Source: Malacoraja senta
Taxonomy: Eukaryota
DNA: 64,000 bases
Reading direction: 5' to 3'
Assembly: GCA_038087875.1 (NCBI GenBank)
Contig: CM075992.1
Span: 5,024,001-5,088,000 of the forward strand
Part shown: positions 22,547-34,850 of the stretch, piece after piece
Layout: each line of letters starts with the position of its first letter
How positions within the stretch are numbered: position 1 is the first letter of the stretch
Translations under genes and position numbers: made by a program
The notes under the pieces: model-generated
Told to the model about the DNA's origin: nothing
What the model saw: the letters and a program-made list of their open reading frames with translations, nothing else
Database searches by the model: none

Positions 22547-25050
22547 ACATCCTCCCTGTATGAAGAAGGGTTTCGGCCCGAAACCTTGCCTATTTCCTTC
22601 GCTCCATAGATGCTGCTGCACCAGCTGAGTTTCTCCAGCAATTTTGTCTACCTTCGATTCTCCAGCATCTGCAGTTCCTTCTTGAACATCCTCCCTGTGT
22701 CTTTAATACCATGTTTCTGTCATAGCTAGATAGTGTAGAAGGCAGACTCTCAGACACCTGTCTGAAGAAGGGACTCGACCCGAAACATCACCTTTTCTCC
22801 AGAGATAATGCCTGACCTGCTGAATTACTCCAGCTATTTGTGTCTGTCTGCAGATTCTCAGACTATCAATTCATTACAGCTCTCATCTCAATCCAGTGAT
22901 TTAATTCTTCCCTGTACTGTCCAAAAATCCCTCTCCTAAGAAAAATAAATCCAGGAAGTTGACATACACCATTTTTTAACACTTATACAGAATTTGATAT
23001 CTGGTTGGGTAAATCGTATTATCAAATGTTTGTGTCGGCAGTCACATGGATCCTAGTCCAATAGCTGGAGGCTAGATTAGTCAGTCTGAAGACCCGAAAT
23101 GTCCCCAATTCTTTTCTCCTAAGATGCTGGCTGACCTGCTGAGGTACTCCAGCTTTTTGTGTCTATCTTCGATTTGAACCAGCATCTGCTGTTCCTTCCT
23201 GCACGGTTGTACTTTAAATGTGGTTCGGCAGCTGAGCTTGTTTACACAAATTGATTATTCCTTACTTTTCCAAAGTGCCAAAGCTCAAGATTTGGCAATA
23301 GTACAAAGGTTTCAAATCTGTCACCTATCTTGAATCCCCTACATTGAAAAGTGACTCTCCTCCACAAAGGATTGGACCCTGGCCCAAAAAGTCACCTGTA
23401 TTTCACCTCCACGCAGATGTGCAGGAAGGAACTGCAGATGCTGGTTTACACCGAAGATAGACACAAAAAGCTGGAGTAACTCAACGGGTCAGACAGCATC
23501 TCTGGAGAAAAGGAATAGGACTATTTCTTCCCTGCAATAGGAACTGTTCCTTTTCTCCAGAGGTGCTGACTGACCTGCTGAGTTGTTCCAACTTTTTGTG
23601 TCTATCACAGGTTGAAGAGTTGAGACTGCAGTCTCGACCCAAAACGTCAACTGTTCCTTTTCTCCAGAGACGCTGTCTCCCCCTCTGAGTTACTCCAGCT
23701 TTGTGTGTCTACCCTCCACACAGATGCTGACTGGCTCGCCGAGTTCCTCCAGCACTTTGTGTCTTCTTCAAGGTTCTGGCATATGCAGTTCCTCCTGTCC
23801 ACTTTCAATGGCCATGTTGCCAGCCCCACCCAGTCTCACATAAATTAGTCAAGTGCGGGGTCTCAAAATGGAAGACGATATTCTCCAGCAAACAGCTCAG
23901 TAATTTCTCTCACTGGCCCAGATACACATTTAGACATTTGCCACACAAAAATAACCTAATGCAGTTTACAGCTTTCTGCACAGATTAACAATTTAAATCA
24001 TCTAATAGGATTTTATTCGAATGTAATTTAAGGTAAGAGGGGGGAAAGTTTAAAGGAGAGGTGCAGGGCAAGGTTTTTTTTAACACAGAGAATGGTGGGT
24101 GCCTGGAACGCGTTGCCAGGGGTGGTGGTGGAGGCAGATACCATAGTGGCGTTTAAGAGGCTTTTAGATAGGCACATGGATAGGCAGGGAATGGAATGAT
24201 ATGGATCATGTACAAGCAGAGGAGATTAGTTTAACTTGGCATCGTGTTCGTGACAAACATCGTGGGCCACGGGACCTGTTCCTGTTTCATATTCTAAATA
24301 AAAGGTACCAGTTTTTAACTTGGGGGAAAAAAACGATCTAATTTGTCAAGTGAGATTTCCAAACCTACATTTTACGGTTTAAAGAAAAACAAATGGCTGG
24401 AGGAACTCAGTGGGTCAGACGGCATCTGTGTAATGGACAGATGGAGTTGGGACTGTTATTTTCTAGTTATTTTACGGTTTTTATTTCGCCCCCACTGCAT
24501 TATATTAGAAGTAACCTTTTTCCAAATCAGGCTGACTGGTTAACCCAAGATTAGCATCCGCCGAGTTGTAGTCACCCACCCTACACTCTAAACCTCACCC
24601 ACAACAGATCCCGTCTATGTTGTTGTTTAAACGAGGTTTAACTCATTCCTGGGACATGTCTCCACGATGCACTTTCACTTCTACTCTGAATAACATCAAT
24701 TTCAAGAAATTAATCCCCGTTCCCCCAAAATGACTTCCCCGTTAGGGAGAGAGAGAGAGGAAAATAATACACAGATCGATCAATAAATAAAAACACAAAC
24801 AAATAAATAAATAAATATATAAATGCCGGGTTGGGATTTTATCTAACGGCTGGTGTTGTGAGAATTAGTCGGTTGCAAGGTCGAGTACTTTTTCTTGCAC
24901 CAATAATGATTCAACCGGTCACATTGCAAAAAGAACAGACAGGGATATTAAACAAATCTTGGACATAAAGTTTTTCACAACGCATTGTACATATAAATCA
25001 CTACTTAAATCGAGGATAACAAGGATTTTTAAAGGTGGTAAATATTAAAC

Positions 25051-25140
25051 GCTGTAAAGATTAAACATAACATGGTTTGTGGTGTTAAGATTAACCATTA
25101 CACGTCTTATGCTGTAAAGATTCAAACATAACACGATTTC
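25051..25140. repeat. 30-bp minisatellite, 3 units
   Basis: Units GCTGTAAAGATTAAACATAAC / GGTGTTAAGATTAACCATTAC / GCTGTAAAGATTCAAACATAAC start at 25051, 25081 and 25111. Confidence 0.8.
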
Positions 25141-25294
25141 AATACAAGCGATGAGATTTAACCTCAAACGTCCCACGCCAATGTTTTCCAAAAACATGCA
25201 TTATTTGTGAAATTTTGCATTTACAAACCTGTTAAACTTGGGTCCACCCCCCCCCCCCCCCTCTCTGCCCCCCGTTGTAACAAGTTGAAAGTAC

Positions 25295-25530
25295 CTGCGA
25301 TGTAGTCGCTGTTTCTGTGGCTCAGGTTCTGTTCCCAGTTTACGTTGGAGAGAGGGATAGAGAGTGTGTGTGTGTGTGTGTTCGCTTCTTCGCTCTTGGC
25401 TGTTTGGCAGATGTCAGTGTTGCCTGTTCTGCTCGGGCGGTAGAGCCGGGTCTATGCTTCACTCACTCTCTCGCCAGCATCTCCTGCCCACCTGTCCCGC
25501 CCCCCGGTCGCACAGAGAGACACAAGGCAA
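25295..25530 (-). other. rtbdn: Putative non-coding first exon of the rtbdn-like gene (start approximate)
   Basis: Donor CAG|gtactt at 25295/25294 inside the CpG-rich region; the first coding exon has an acceptor, so an upstream exon is required. Confidence 0.5.
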
Positions 25531-25879
25531 AGGGCCGGGGCTGAGGGAGGAGCGCGGTTCTTACGGTGGAGGCGAGGAGGTGGGCGGCAACTCAGAAACC
25601 CACCCCCTGAATTGAGTTTCCCAAACAAGATACGAGACGTCCAACGAGTCCACCAAACACATTTGTGACTGAAGGTAGACAAAAATGCTGGAGAAACTCA
25701 GCGGGTGAGGCAGCATAAGCATTTTTGTCTACCTTCGATTTTCCAGCATCTGCAGTTCCTTCTTAAACATTTGTGAACTGAACCCATTTTACTGAACTGA
25801 ACAACAAATATGAATAAGTCAAAAATCCTATACACCAATGCATATAGTGAGGTTACCCTGGAGAGCTCTCCTGACCTCT

Positions 25880-26052
25880 CTACATCATCGTCTATATCTC
25901 TCATTTCACTTATCCCACTAGTCTGAAGAAGGGTCTCAACCCGAAACGTCACCCATTCCTTCTCTCCAGAGATGCTGCCTGTCCCGCTGAGTTGCTCCAG
26001 CTTTTTGTGTCTGTCTTTAGTTTAAACCAGCACCTGCAGTTCCATCCTACAC
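25880..26052 (+). mobile_element. Penelope-like terminal repeat with hammerhead-like core
   Basis: TCTATATCTCTC...AGTCTGAAGAAGGGTCTCAACCCGAAACGTCACCCATTCC...CCTACAC. Confidence 0.65.
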
Positions 26053-26096
26053 ACTGCCATCTATCTCATTGGAGAGAGACCCTCAGACTATCTTTA

Positions 26097-26382
26097 ATAG
26101 AAACATAGAAAATAGGTGCAGGAGTAGGCCATTCGGCCCTTCGAGCCTGCACCGCCATTCAATATGATCATGGCTGATCATCCAACTCAGTATCCTGTAC
26201 CTGCTTTCTCTCTATACCCCCTGATCCCTTTAGCCACAAGGGCCACATCTAACTCCCTCTTAAATATAGCCAATGAACTGGCCTCAACTACTTTCTGTGG
26301 CAGAGAATTCCACAGATTCACCACTCTCTATGTGAATTTTTTTTTCTCATCTCTGTCCTAAAAGACTTCTCCCTTATCCTTA
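26097..26382 (-). mobile_element. CR1 LINE 3' fragment (young subfamily) nested in a Rex1-type tail
   Basis: Near-identical to 3334-3614. Confidence 0.9.
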
Positions 26383-27393
26383 ATAGGACTACACTGGACT
26401 TTATCTTGCACTAAATGTTACTCCCTTTCTCCTGTATCTGTACACTGTGGGCGGCTCGATTGTAATCATGTATAATCTTTCCCCTGACTGGATAGCACCC
26501 AACAAAAATGCTCTCCACTGCACCTCGGTATGTGACAATAAACTAAACCGATCTAAACTATACATCAGAACCGTTTATCCAGGGAGGAAATGTCAAGGAG
26601 ATTAGTTTAACTTGGCACCATGTTCAGCACGGACATTGTGGGCTGAAGGGCCTGTTCCTGTGCCTGTACGATTGTGTGGTCTATGTATCTAAAATTATGA
26701 GAGGCATAGATAGGGTAGAGAGTCAGATCCTTTATTCCCAGGATGTAAATGTCAAAGACTAAAGGGAAAAACCCTCCCAAGTTTCCCTTTGACTCATTCT
26801 TCCAAAGTTAAACCCTGTCCGCAGTTGTTGATAGACAATAGACAATAGGATATACCACGAACATCAAGAAATTTCCACCCTGAGCCATTTAAAGACATTT
26901 TATCAGTTTGAAACCCATTTGTCTTTTAACCTAAGGTTACATCACCACTTGCATTTATATATATTTTTTCTGATTAGTGTGCATTTAGCTTTAGGGTGGC
27001 AAGGTGGTGCAGCGGTAGAGTTGCTGCCTTTAATATGGGTGATGTTTCGGGTCGAGACCCTTCTTGAGACTAGTTACGGATAAGGGAAACGAGAGATATA
27101 GATGATGGTGTCGAGAGGTCAGGACTGCTCTCTAGGGTAAACTCACAGTAGATTTTAATATACATTGGTGTATAGATTTTTAGACTTATTCATATTTGTT
27201 CAGTTCAGTTCAGTAAAATGGGTTCAGTTTTATTAGGCCGGCACGGTGGCGCAGCGGTAGAGTTGCTGCCTTGCAGCGCCAGAGACACGGGTTCCATCCT
27301 GACTACGGGTGCTGTTTTGTCAGAACAACAACAAATGATCAGACCCATCCATATTGTGGAGATAATTATATAGGTTTTAAACATCTTGGAGCT

Positions 27394-27465
27394 GAATAAG
27401 ATCAAATAGGACAAGTTATCCGACATCTTTAGGCTGTGAATACCATACTCAAGAAGAAGAAGAAG
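27394..27465 (+). mobile_element. 5'-truncated copy of the ribozyme-headed retroposon
   Basis: 11-bp TSD ATCTTGGAGCT (27383-27393 and 27466-27476); AAGATCAAATAGGACAAGTT...CTTTAGGCTGTG...CCATACTC(AAG)5. Confidence 0.8.
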
Positions 27466-28118
27466 ATCTTGGAGCTCGGTCAATATAGATAAACAATTTA
27501 ATTTTAGCTCCAATGATTGATATATCATCTTTATCCTCAATGACCTCTGACCAGGAACACTATCTGTAGTATGACACCAGTGATCAATTTTAATTGACAC
27601 AGTTTTTTCAACAGAACGTTCTTCCTGAGACTTTAACTAAAGAGGCCAGTGCTATATAGCAACAACGGACTGAAATTGCTTCCACTTTTGCATGTCTAAC
27701 ATGCCTAACAACCATTAACAATTGTCCTTAGCTACTGGCATTCTCTTGCATCCTTTTACAAAGATTAAAAATATCACAATCAAAAGCTTGTAGTCAGATA
27801 TATGTCATCAGATAATAATTATGCAAACAGGAATATAAGGCATGGTATTGATTGTGTAAAAGCAACTAGCAAGAACGTATGCCAAGAAAGCAAAATAAGT
27901 GAATGTTGGAAGCAGACTCTAGAATCATAGAATCGTGCAGTACAAACCTGCACGTCTCTGGGATGTGGGAGGCAACTGGAGCACCCGGAGGAAACCCACG
28001 AGGTTAGAGGGAGAATGTGCAAACTTCACACAGATAGCACCTGTGGTCAGAATTGAACCTGGGTCTCTGGAGCTGTGAGGCAGCAGCTCCACCAGCTATG
28101 CTACTGTGAATCAAAACT

Positions 28119-28311
28119 ACACACAAAATGCTGGAGTAAATCAGCGGGACAGGCAGCATCTCTGGAGAGAAGGAGTGGGTGACGTTTCGGGTCGAGACCC
28201 TTTTTCAGACACGAAACGTCACCCATTCCTTCCCTCCAGAGATGCTGTCCGTCCTGCTGAGTTAGTCCAGCATTCTTCAAATGTAAACCAGCATCTGCAG
28301 TTCCTTCCTAC
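28119..28311. mobile_element. Penelope-like inverted terminal-repeat insertion
   Basis: Palindromic arms flanked by direct repeat TGAATCAAAACT (28107-28118 and 28317-28328). Confidence 0.7.
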
Positions 28312-29230
28312 ACTGTTGAATCAAAACTGTTGCCCTTCCACAGCCTGTGGCCAGAAACATCCAACGTGAATTGATCCCTCTATCGAGACTCAACCAAGTC
28401 TCTGATCTGACTTAAAAATTCAGCATTAAAATTAGTAATTGGCTCAGGAAATCCTGAGCAGTGATGTGCGAAATAGTGGGTCAAATAGGGTCGCAGGATC
28501 TGTCTGACATTTTCATTATACGCTTGTTCCCAGATGGGGAGTTGTCTCTGTTAAAGTGAAATGAACAGAAGGTGCTAATGAACAAATCTGCCAAGCATCC
28601 CGTCATAAAATTTGAAGCTTGCAATTCCTGCTCGTTAGCTAGGCAGATGACCAGTCCTGGTGCCCAACACACAGATGTAATGACAAGGAAGGCATACACG
28701 CACATCCACTTTCCTCGAAGTTTAAAGAGATTCTGCATCTAGATACAGTGGACAGTCAAACCCTTTTCACCAGGGTGGGCAAGTCAAGGGCTAGAGGGCT
28801 TAGCTTGAAGGCCGTATTCGGAGTTTTGCATGCAGTTCTGGTTGCCCCATTGCAGGGAGAATGTGCACCCTTTAGAGAAGGTGCCAGAGGTCTACCAAGA
28901 TGCTGCCTGGATTAGAGCATATTAGCTCAGGGGCGGCACAGTGGCAGAGCGGTAGAGTTAGCTAGATTAATTAAGCATCATGGTTGGCACAAACACGATG
29001 GGCTGAAAGGCCTGTTTCTGTGCTGGACTGTTCTTTGTAGACGAAGAGGTGCCAGTGTATATACTGTATAATGCTGTTGGCTGCTGTACACCAAATTAGT
29101 GGTGCTGGCAAGGTCCAGCAGTACGTTACGTCGCAAAATAGACCCCACTGGTTCTATATATTCGGTGTTTCCCAGAAGTAGTTTTTGTTGAGGTGAACTA
29201 CTTGTTAATCCTTCATGCAGCTGACCAACA

Positions 29231-29284
29231 GGGGTGGGAGATTGCAACCTTCACGTGGTCCACCCTGTTTCGACTAATGCAATC
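29231..29284 (+). ncRNA. Minimal HDV/CPEB3-like self-cleaving ribozyme fold (intact copy)
   Basis: P1 GGGGTGG/CCACCCT (G1-U wobble), P2 GATTGCA/TGCAATC, P3 ACC/GGT, L3 TTCACGT, then GT, TTCGA in place of P4, J4/2 C-TAA. Confidence 0.82.
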
Positions 29285-29479
29285 AACCTGACGTGCACAA
29301 ACAAATAGATCAAATAGAACAAGTTGACCAACAACTTTAGGCTGTGCATTCTGTATTCATGCCTATTATATTCTGTTGTGCTGAAGCAAAGCAAGAATTT
29401 CATTGTCCTATCTGGGACACATGACAATAAACTCTCTTGACTTGACTTGACTTGACATGCCATATGCAAGAAGAAGAAG
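29231..29479 (+). mobile_element. Ribozyme-headed non-autonomous retroposon, interrupted by a Rex1-type tail fragment (about 29349-29456)
   Basis: Flanking direct repeat (AG)CTGACCAAC at 29219-29229 and 29478-29488; tail GCCATATGCAAGAAGAAGAAG; colinear with 11774-11911. Confidence 0.85.
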
Positions 29480-29513
29480 CTGACCAACGAATGACAAAGG
29501 TGGTATCCTAAAG

Positions 29514-29920
29514 TTCATAAGTGATAGGAGCAGATTAGGCCGTAAAAAGATCCATTGACTTGGCCTCCACAGCCTTCTGTGGCAATGAATTCCACCACCC
29601 TCTGACTAAAGAAATTCCTCCTCATCTCCTTCCTAAAGGAACGTCCTTTAATTCTGGTCCTATGACCTCTAGTCCTAGACTCTCCCATTAGTGGAAACAT
29701 CCTCTCCACATCCACTCTATCCAAGCCTTTCACTATTCGGTAAGTTTCAATGAGGTGTCCCCTCATCCCTCTAAACTCCAGCGAGCACAGGCCCAGCATC
29801 TTCAAATGCTCCTCATATGTTAAGCCACTCATTCCTGGGATCATTCTCGTAAACCTCATCTGGACCCTCTCCAGAGCTAGCACATCCTTCCTCAGATATG
29901 GGGCCCAAAATTGCTCACAA
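29514..29920 (-). mobile_element. CR1 LINE 3' fragment
   Basis: LALERVQMRFTRMIPGMSGLTYEEHL...RNFFSQRVV. Confidence 0.85.
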
Positions 29921-31213
29921 TTGGAATCCTGCGTGATTATCGCTGCAGAATCTCTACTAAATAAGCTTAAGACTTGTTGAGTCTCATTGTCTGTAACTCG
30001 TTTTCACTTAGCTCACAGCTAACAATGTCCCTGTTTCTGTTACTATCATTCCTTTTCTTCATATCTTTCATTCATTTGTTCTATATCTTTCCATTATCAC
30101 CGTCTATATCTCTCGTTTCCCTTTCCCCTGACTCTCAGTTTGGAGAAGGGTCTCGACCAGAAGCTTCACCCATCCCTTCTCTCCAGAGATGCTACCTGTC
30201 CCTCTGAGTTACTCCAGCTTTTTTTGAAAAGAAATCAGATGCTTCGGTGGGTAGAACAGCAATGGCCCTCTCTGATCCTGAGAAAACTCTTGTGTCATCA
30301 GAAAACTATAGATACACAGCTCATTAAAGCTCTCATTGTTTTTCAAAGAGTCGTGTTAACCTTGCAGATTAAATTGGAAACTTTTATTTGTTGAAACAAC
30401 ATGTACGACATCTTTTTATTTTTCTCCAGCGGTTCCTTGAAGATACATTGTTGTGAAAATGATTAGATTATTTCTGCCGGCTTCATGCTGGTCGGCAGAG
30501 TTTGACCTTTAAAGTTCGCACAGTTTTATTTCGCCCTTCGCTCTCCCTCTCTCTCTCTCTCATCTTTGGCTTGCGATACTGCCTGTGCAAGGCCCTGTGT
30601 TATTTCACAGTGTCTCCCCGAGCTCCGTTATGCAAGAGGCAAGTCAGCTTGCGGAATCGTTTGAAGCAGTCAGAACATTTACTGACAGTCTCTGACGCAG
30701 TATCTGTTCCAGTCTCTCCTCTCTGCTATTGTATCAGGACAAAAACAGAATGTTTGGGCAATCTCAAGATACAAATAATACATTGCGAAAGGGGAGAAAA
30801 TAATTTGGTGTAACTAGTGTGTCATTTCTGGAAAAGGTGGGGGTCAGAGATAAATTTCCTCTCTTTCCCTCCGACCCGACCCGTTCACATTTGGCTTGAA
30901 TTTTCCACAACTATTTCCTAGTTTCACAGACTGTGGGATAAGAATGTAAAGAGGAGGCATTTATAAATACATTTGTAATTCACTGGATGGAATTGATCAT
31001 GGAGAATGGTGAGACAGGACATAAATTTCTGTCATGTGAAATGCAGCAAAATAAGTCCGGGAAACACTTAAGCCATTATTGCAGCTTGGAAGGAGGCCAT
31101 TTGGCCCAAGGAGCCCATGCCAGCCCCCGGCATAAACAACCCAGTTTGTTCGACTTTCCTTTGAATTCTTTCCCTAATTCCCATAAATCTCGGACTCCTA
31201 GTTATTCCCTTTC

Positions 31214-31560
31214 ATTTATTTTTATTAGAAGCAATTGTACAAGGACAGGACGATCGGCATCACAATTATACAATTATTGAACTGCTTCATTTTTAACCTT
31301 GCAACCTAAATTAAAAAAAAAAAAAAAAAAATTAAAAAAAGGAAAACAAGGAAAGAAAAAAAGAAAAAATGAAGAGATAAAATAGAAAAGAACAAGAAAA
31401 AGACCCCTAAGCTACCAAAGCAGTGCAGAGGAAAGAGAAAGATGGAGATATACCTCCCCCCCACCCCTCCCTCACCCATCATAGCATCGGATTTAGATAT
31501 AAATCTGTGTTTCACCATCCTGTTATTGGACTCCTAGTTATTGACCTCATCCTGTCCACC
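31214..31560 (-). mobile_element. L1-type LINE 3'UTR fragment
   Basis: Minus strand ends TTGCTTCTAATAAAAAATAAA like the L1 at 45931; T-rich 3'UTR; related plus-strand piece at about 34200-34590. Confidence 0.5.
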
Positions 31561-33465
31561 ACAGCGGTAATTCTTGTAATTTACTCACAGAGTGCTGGAG
31601 TAACTCAGCGGGTCAGTCGGCATCTCTGGAGAAATATACTGGGTGATGTATTGGGACCTGATGTCTCCAGAAGGGTCCCTACCCGAAACATCACCCATCC
31701 TTTTTCTCCTAAGATGCTGCCAGACCCGTTGATTTACCCCTGCACTTTGTATCTATCTTTGGTATAAAAAAACAGCAATTGCTGTTCCTTGTTTCTATTT
31801 CTTATAATTTAAACACATAAAGGGAGGTGGGTGTATGGAACAAGCTGCCAGTGGAGGTAGTTGAGGCAGGGACTATCCCAACGTTTAAGAAACAGTTAGA
31901 CAGGTACATGGATAGAACAGATTTGGGGGGATATGGGCCAAACACGGGCAGGTGGGATTCTGAAGAAGGGTCTCGACCCGAAAAGTCACCCATTCCTTCT
32001 CTCCAGAGATGCTGCCTGACCCGCTGAGTTACTCCAGCATTTTGTGTCTACCAGGTGGGACTAGTGCAGCTGGGACATGTTGGCCGATGTGGGCAAGTTG
32101 GGCTGAAGGACATGTTTCCACGCTGTATCACTCCATGACTGTATAACGAAATCTTCCCTCAGCTTTGTATTGAAAGCAATCCCAGCCAAGCCTTTCACTG
32201 TAACAGAAGCTCTCCAACCCTGGCATTGTCCTTGTAAGTCACTTTTGGACGCTCTCAACTGCTAACGCATCCTGTAACATAATGACCGGAATTGTACAAA
32301 GTACCTTAGTTGTGGTTCAAGCAGTGTTTTATATTTGTTCGATCATGACCTCCCTTACCTCTTGTGTTCTCTGCATCGATCAGTAGTGGCAAGCATCCCA
32401 TTTAGAAGATGTAGAAGCAAAGAACTGCAGATGCTGATGAATACATAAAAGGGCACAAAGTGCTGGAGTAACTCAGCAGGTCAGGCAGCATCTCTGAAGA
32501 ATATGGATAGGTGACGTTTCAAGTTGAGCCCTTCTTCAGACTGATTGTATTGAGGGGGGGGGGAGGGAAGAAGAAAGGACCATATCCCACACCCCTCTAC
32601 AATCTGAAGAAAGATCTCAATCCAAATCGTCACCTATCCATGTCCTCCAGATGTGCTGCTTGACCCGCTGAGTGGCACCAAAATGGTACCTCTAGTAAAT
32701 GGACTCCGTGGGCTGTTCCATGCAAACTGTACTGATGTGCGGGGAATGTCTCGCTGATCTGTCTGCAAAAAATTTATTTAATTATACCTGGTATATGCGA
32801 CAATAAAGAAACCATCGAAACCATGGAGTTATTCCAGCACTTTGAATCCCATTTAGATGTATGGACAGATGTTAAATTAAATCTTGAATCAGACCAATCT
32901 CAATCTGACTTGAGTCCTAAGTAATTCGTATTTTTACCTTACCTGATCCAGTGGCATTGGCAAAAAAGTGGAAGAAAAGAACTTGCTACACCACACTCTT
33001 GATCAGGAACCGAGGACATGTAGTTGAATTAATTCTTACTTGGAATGTTTTAACTGATGTACCCCCTACCTGACCCGATCTTGACAGATGGTTGGAGTAT
33101 TGTGTGTAGTTCTGGTCACCCCATCAACTGAGAGGATGTGGAGGCTTTGGAGAGGGTTCAGAAGAGGTTTACCAGAATATGACCTGGATTTGAGGGTATT
33201 AGCTACAAAGAGGTTGCACAAACTCTCTGAAACGTCACCTATTCCTTTTCTCCAGAGTTGCTGCCTGACCTGTTGAGTTACTCCTGACCTGTTGAGTTAC
33301 TCCAGCATTTTGTGTCTATCTTCGGTATAAACCAGCATCTGCAGTTCCTTCCTGCACAAACTTGTACTGTTTTGGGAATTTTGGACTTGCAGGGTAGTAG
33401 AAAGTGCCTAGAATGTGTACGGACTTAGTGTGGTCTATTATTTTACACTCTTATACTTAATATGA

Positions 33466-33910
33466 ATGGGAAGGACGTGCTGGCTCTGGATAGGGTCCAG
33501 AGGAGGTTTACCAGAATGATTCCAGGGATGAGTGGGTTAATATATGATGAGCGTTTGATGGCACTGGGCCTGTACTCGTTGGAGTTTAGAAGGATGAGGT
33601 GGGACCTCATTGAAACCTACCGAATAGTGAAAGGCTTGGATAGAGTGAATGTGGAGAGGATGTTTCCAATAGTGGGAGAGTCTAGGACTAGATGTCATGG
33701 CCTCAGAATTCATTGCCAAAGAAGGATGTGGAGGCCAAGTCCATGGATATTTTTAAGGCAGAGATAGATAGATTCTTGATGAGACCAGGGGTTATGGGGA
33801 GAAGGCAGGAGAATATGGATAGGATGGAGAGATAGATCAGCCATGATTGAATAGCGGAGTAGACTTGGTGGGCTGAATGGCCTAATTCTGCTCCTATCAC
33901 TTATGACCAT
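33466..33910 (+). mobile_element. CR1 LINE 3' fragment
   Basis: KDVLALDRVQRRFTRMIPGMSGLIYDERL; tail GGCCTAATTCTGCTCCTATCACTTATGA. Confidence 0.85.
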
Positions 33911-33945
33911 ATGAATGCGCGTAATGTATATTAGGATAGTCACTA

Positions 33946-34173
33946 GGTAGACACAAATGGTAGAAACTCATCGGGTGAGGCAGCATCTATGGAGTGAGCG
34001 AAGGAATAGGTGACGTTTCGGGTCGAGACCCTTCTTCAGTCTCGTCACCTATTCAGTCTCGACCCGAAACGTCACCTCTTCCCTCGCTCCATGGATGCTG
34101 CCTCACCCGCTGAGTTTCTCCAGCATTTTTGTGTACCTTCGATATTTCCTGCATCTGCAGTTCTTTCTTAAAC
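33946..34173. mobile_element. Penelope-like inverted terminal-repeat insertion
   Basis: Palindromic arms; perfect 16-bp flanking direct repeat ATTAGGATAGTCACTA (33930-33945 and 34174-34189). Confidence 0.75.
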
Positions 34174-34617
34174 ATTAGGATAGTCACTAAATGTATGCAA
34201 AATTTGGAAAATATTGGCAGAAAAACCAGATCAATTTTTCAAGACATGGACACCCTTGACCGAATTCTTACAAGAATAGTATGGCGCAACACAAATTTGG
34301 ATTTAAATCCAATTATGGGTTGGGTGAGGTAGGTGGGGGGGGGGGGGGGGGGGATGGGGCAGGTATATCTCCACTTTTTTCTTTTTTTTCTTTTTTTTCT
34401 CTTTTTTCCCCTTCTCTTACATCTTTATTCACTCTTTGGCCACACTACTTTGGTAGTCTAAGGGTCCTATCTTTTCACTTTTCACTTTTTCTTTCTCTTT
34501 TTTTCCCCCGTATTTTCAGGTTAAAAAAAAAGAAAAAATATTATTTTTAAAAAATAAATAAATAAAATAATTTAAAAAAATAATAAATTGTATGCAAAAA
34601 ATAATCTCACTGCACTT

Positions 34618-34850
34618 AGACATAGAAACATAGAAAATAGGTGCAGGAGTAGGCCATTCGGCCCCTCGAGCCTGCACCGCCATTCGATATGATCATGGCT
34701 GATCATCCAACTCAGTATCCTGTACCTGCCTTCTCTCCATATCCCCTGATCCCTTTAGCCACAAGGGCCACATCTAACTCCCTCTTAAATATAGCCAATG
34801 AACTGGCCTCAACTACCTTCTGTGGCAGAGAGTTCCACAGATTCACCACT
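34618..34850 (-). mobile_element. CR1 LINE 3' fragment (young subfamily)
   Basis: Near-identical to 3334-3560 and 26097-26325. Confidence 0.9.

Larger units (their letters stand above)
24540..25660. promoter_or_regulatory. CpG-retaining, transposon-free promoter/first-intron region of the rtbdn-like gene
   Basis: About 1.1 kb without SINE/LINE insertions; CpG-rich; GC-box-like motifs at 25520-25610. Confidence 0.55.

Noticed and set aside
26623..26640. TTCAGCACGGACA resembling an RE1 site
   Set aside because: Half-site spacing is wrong and it derives from a CR1 tail.
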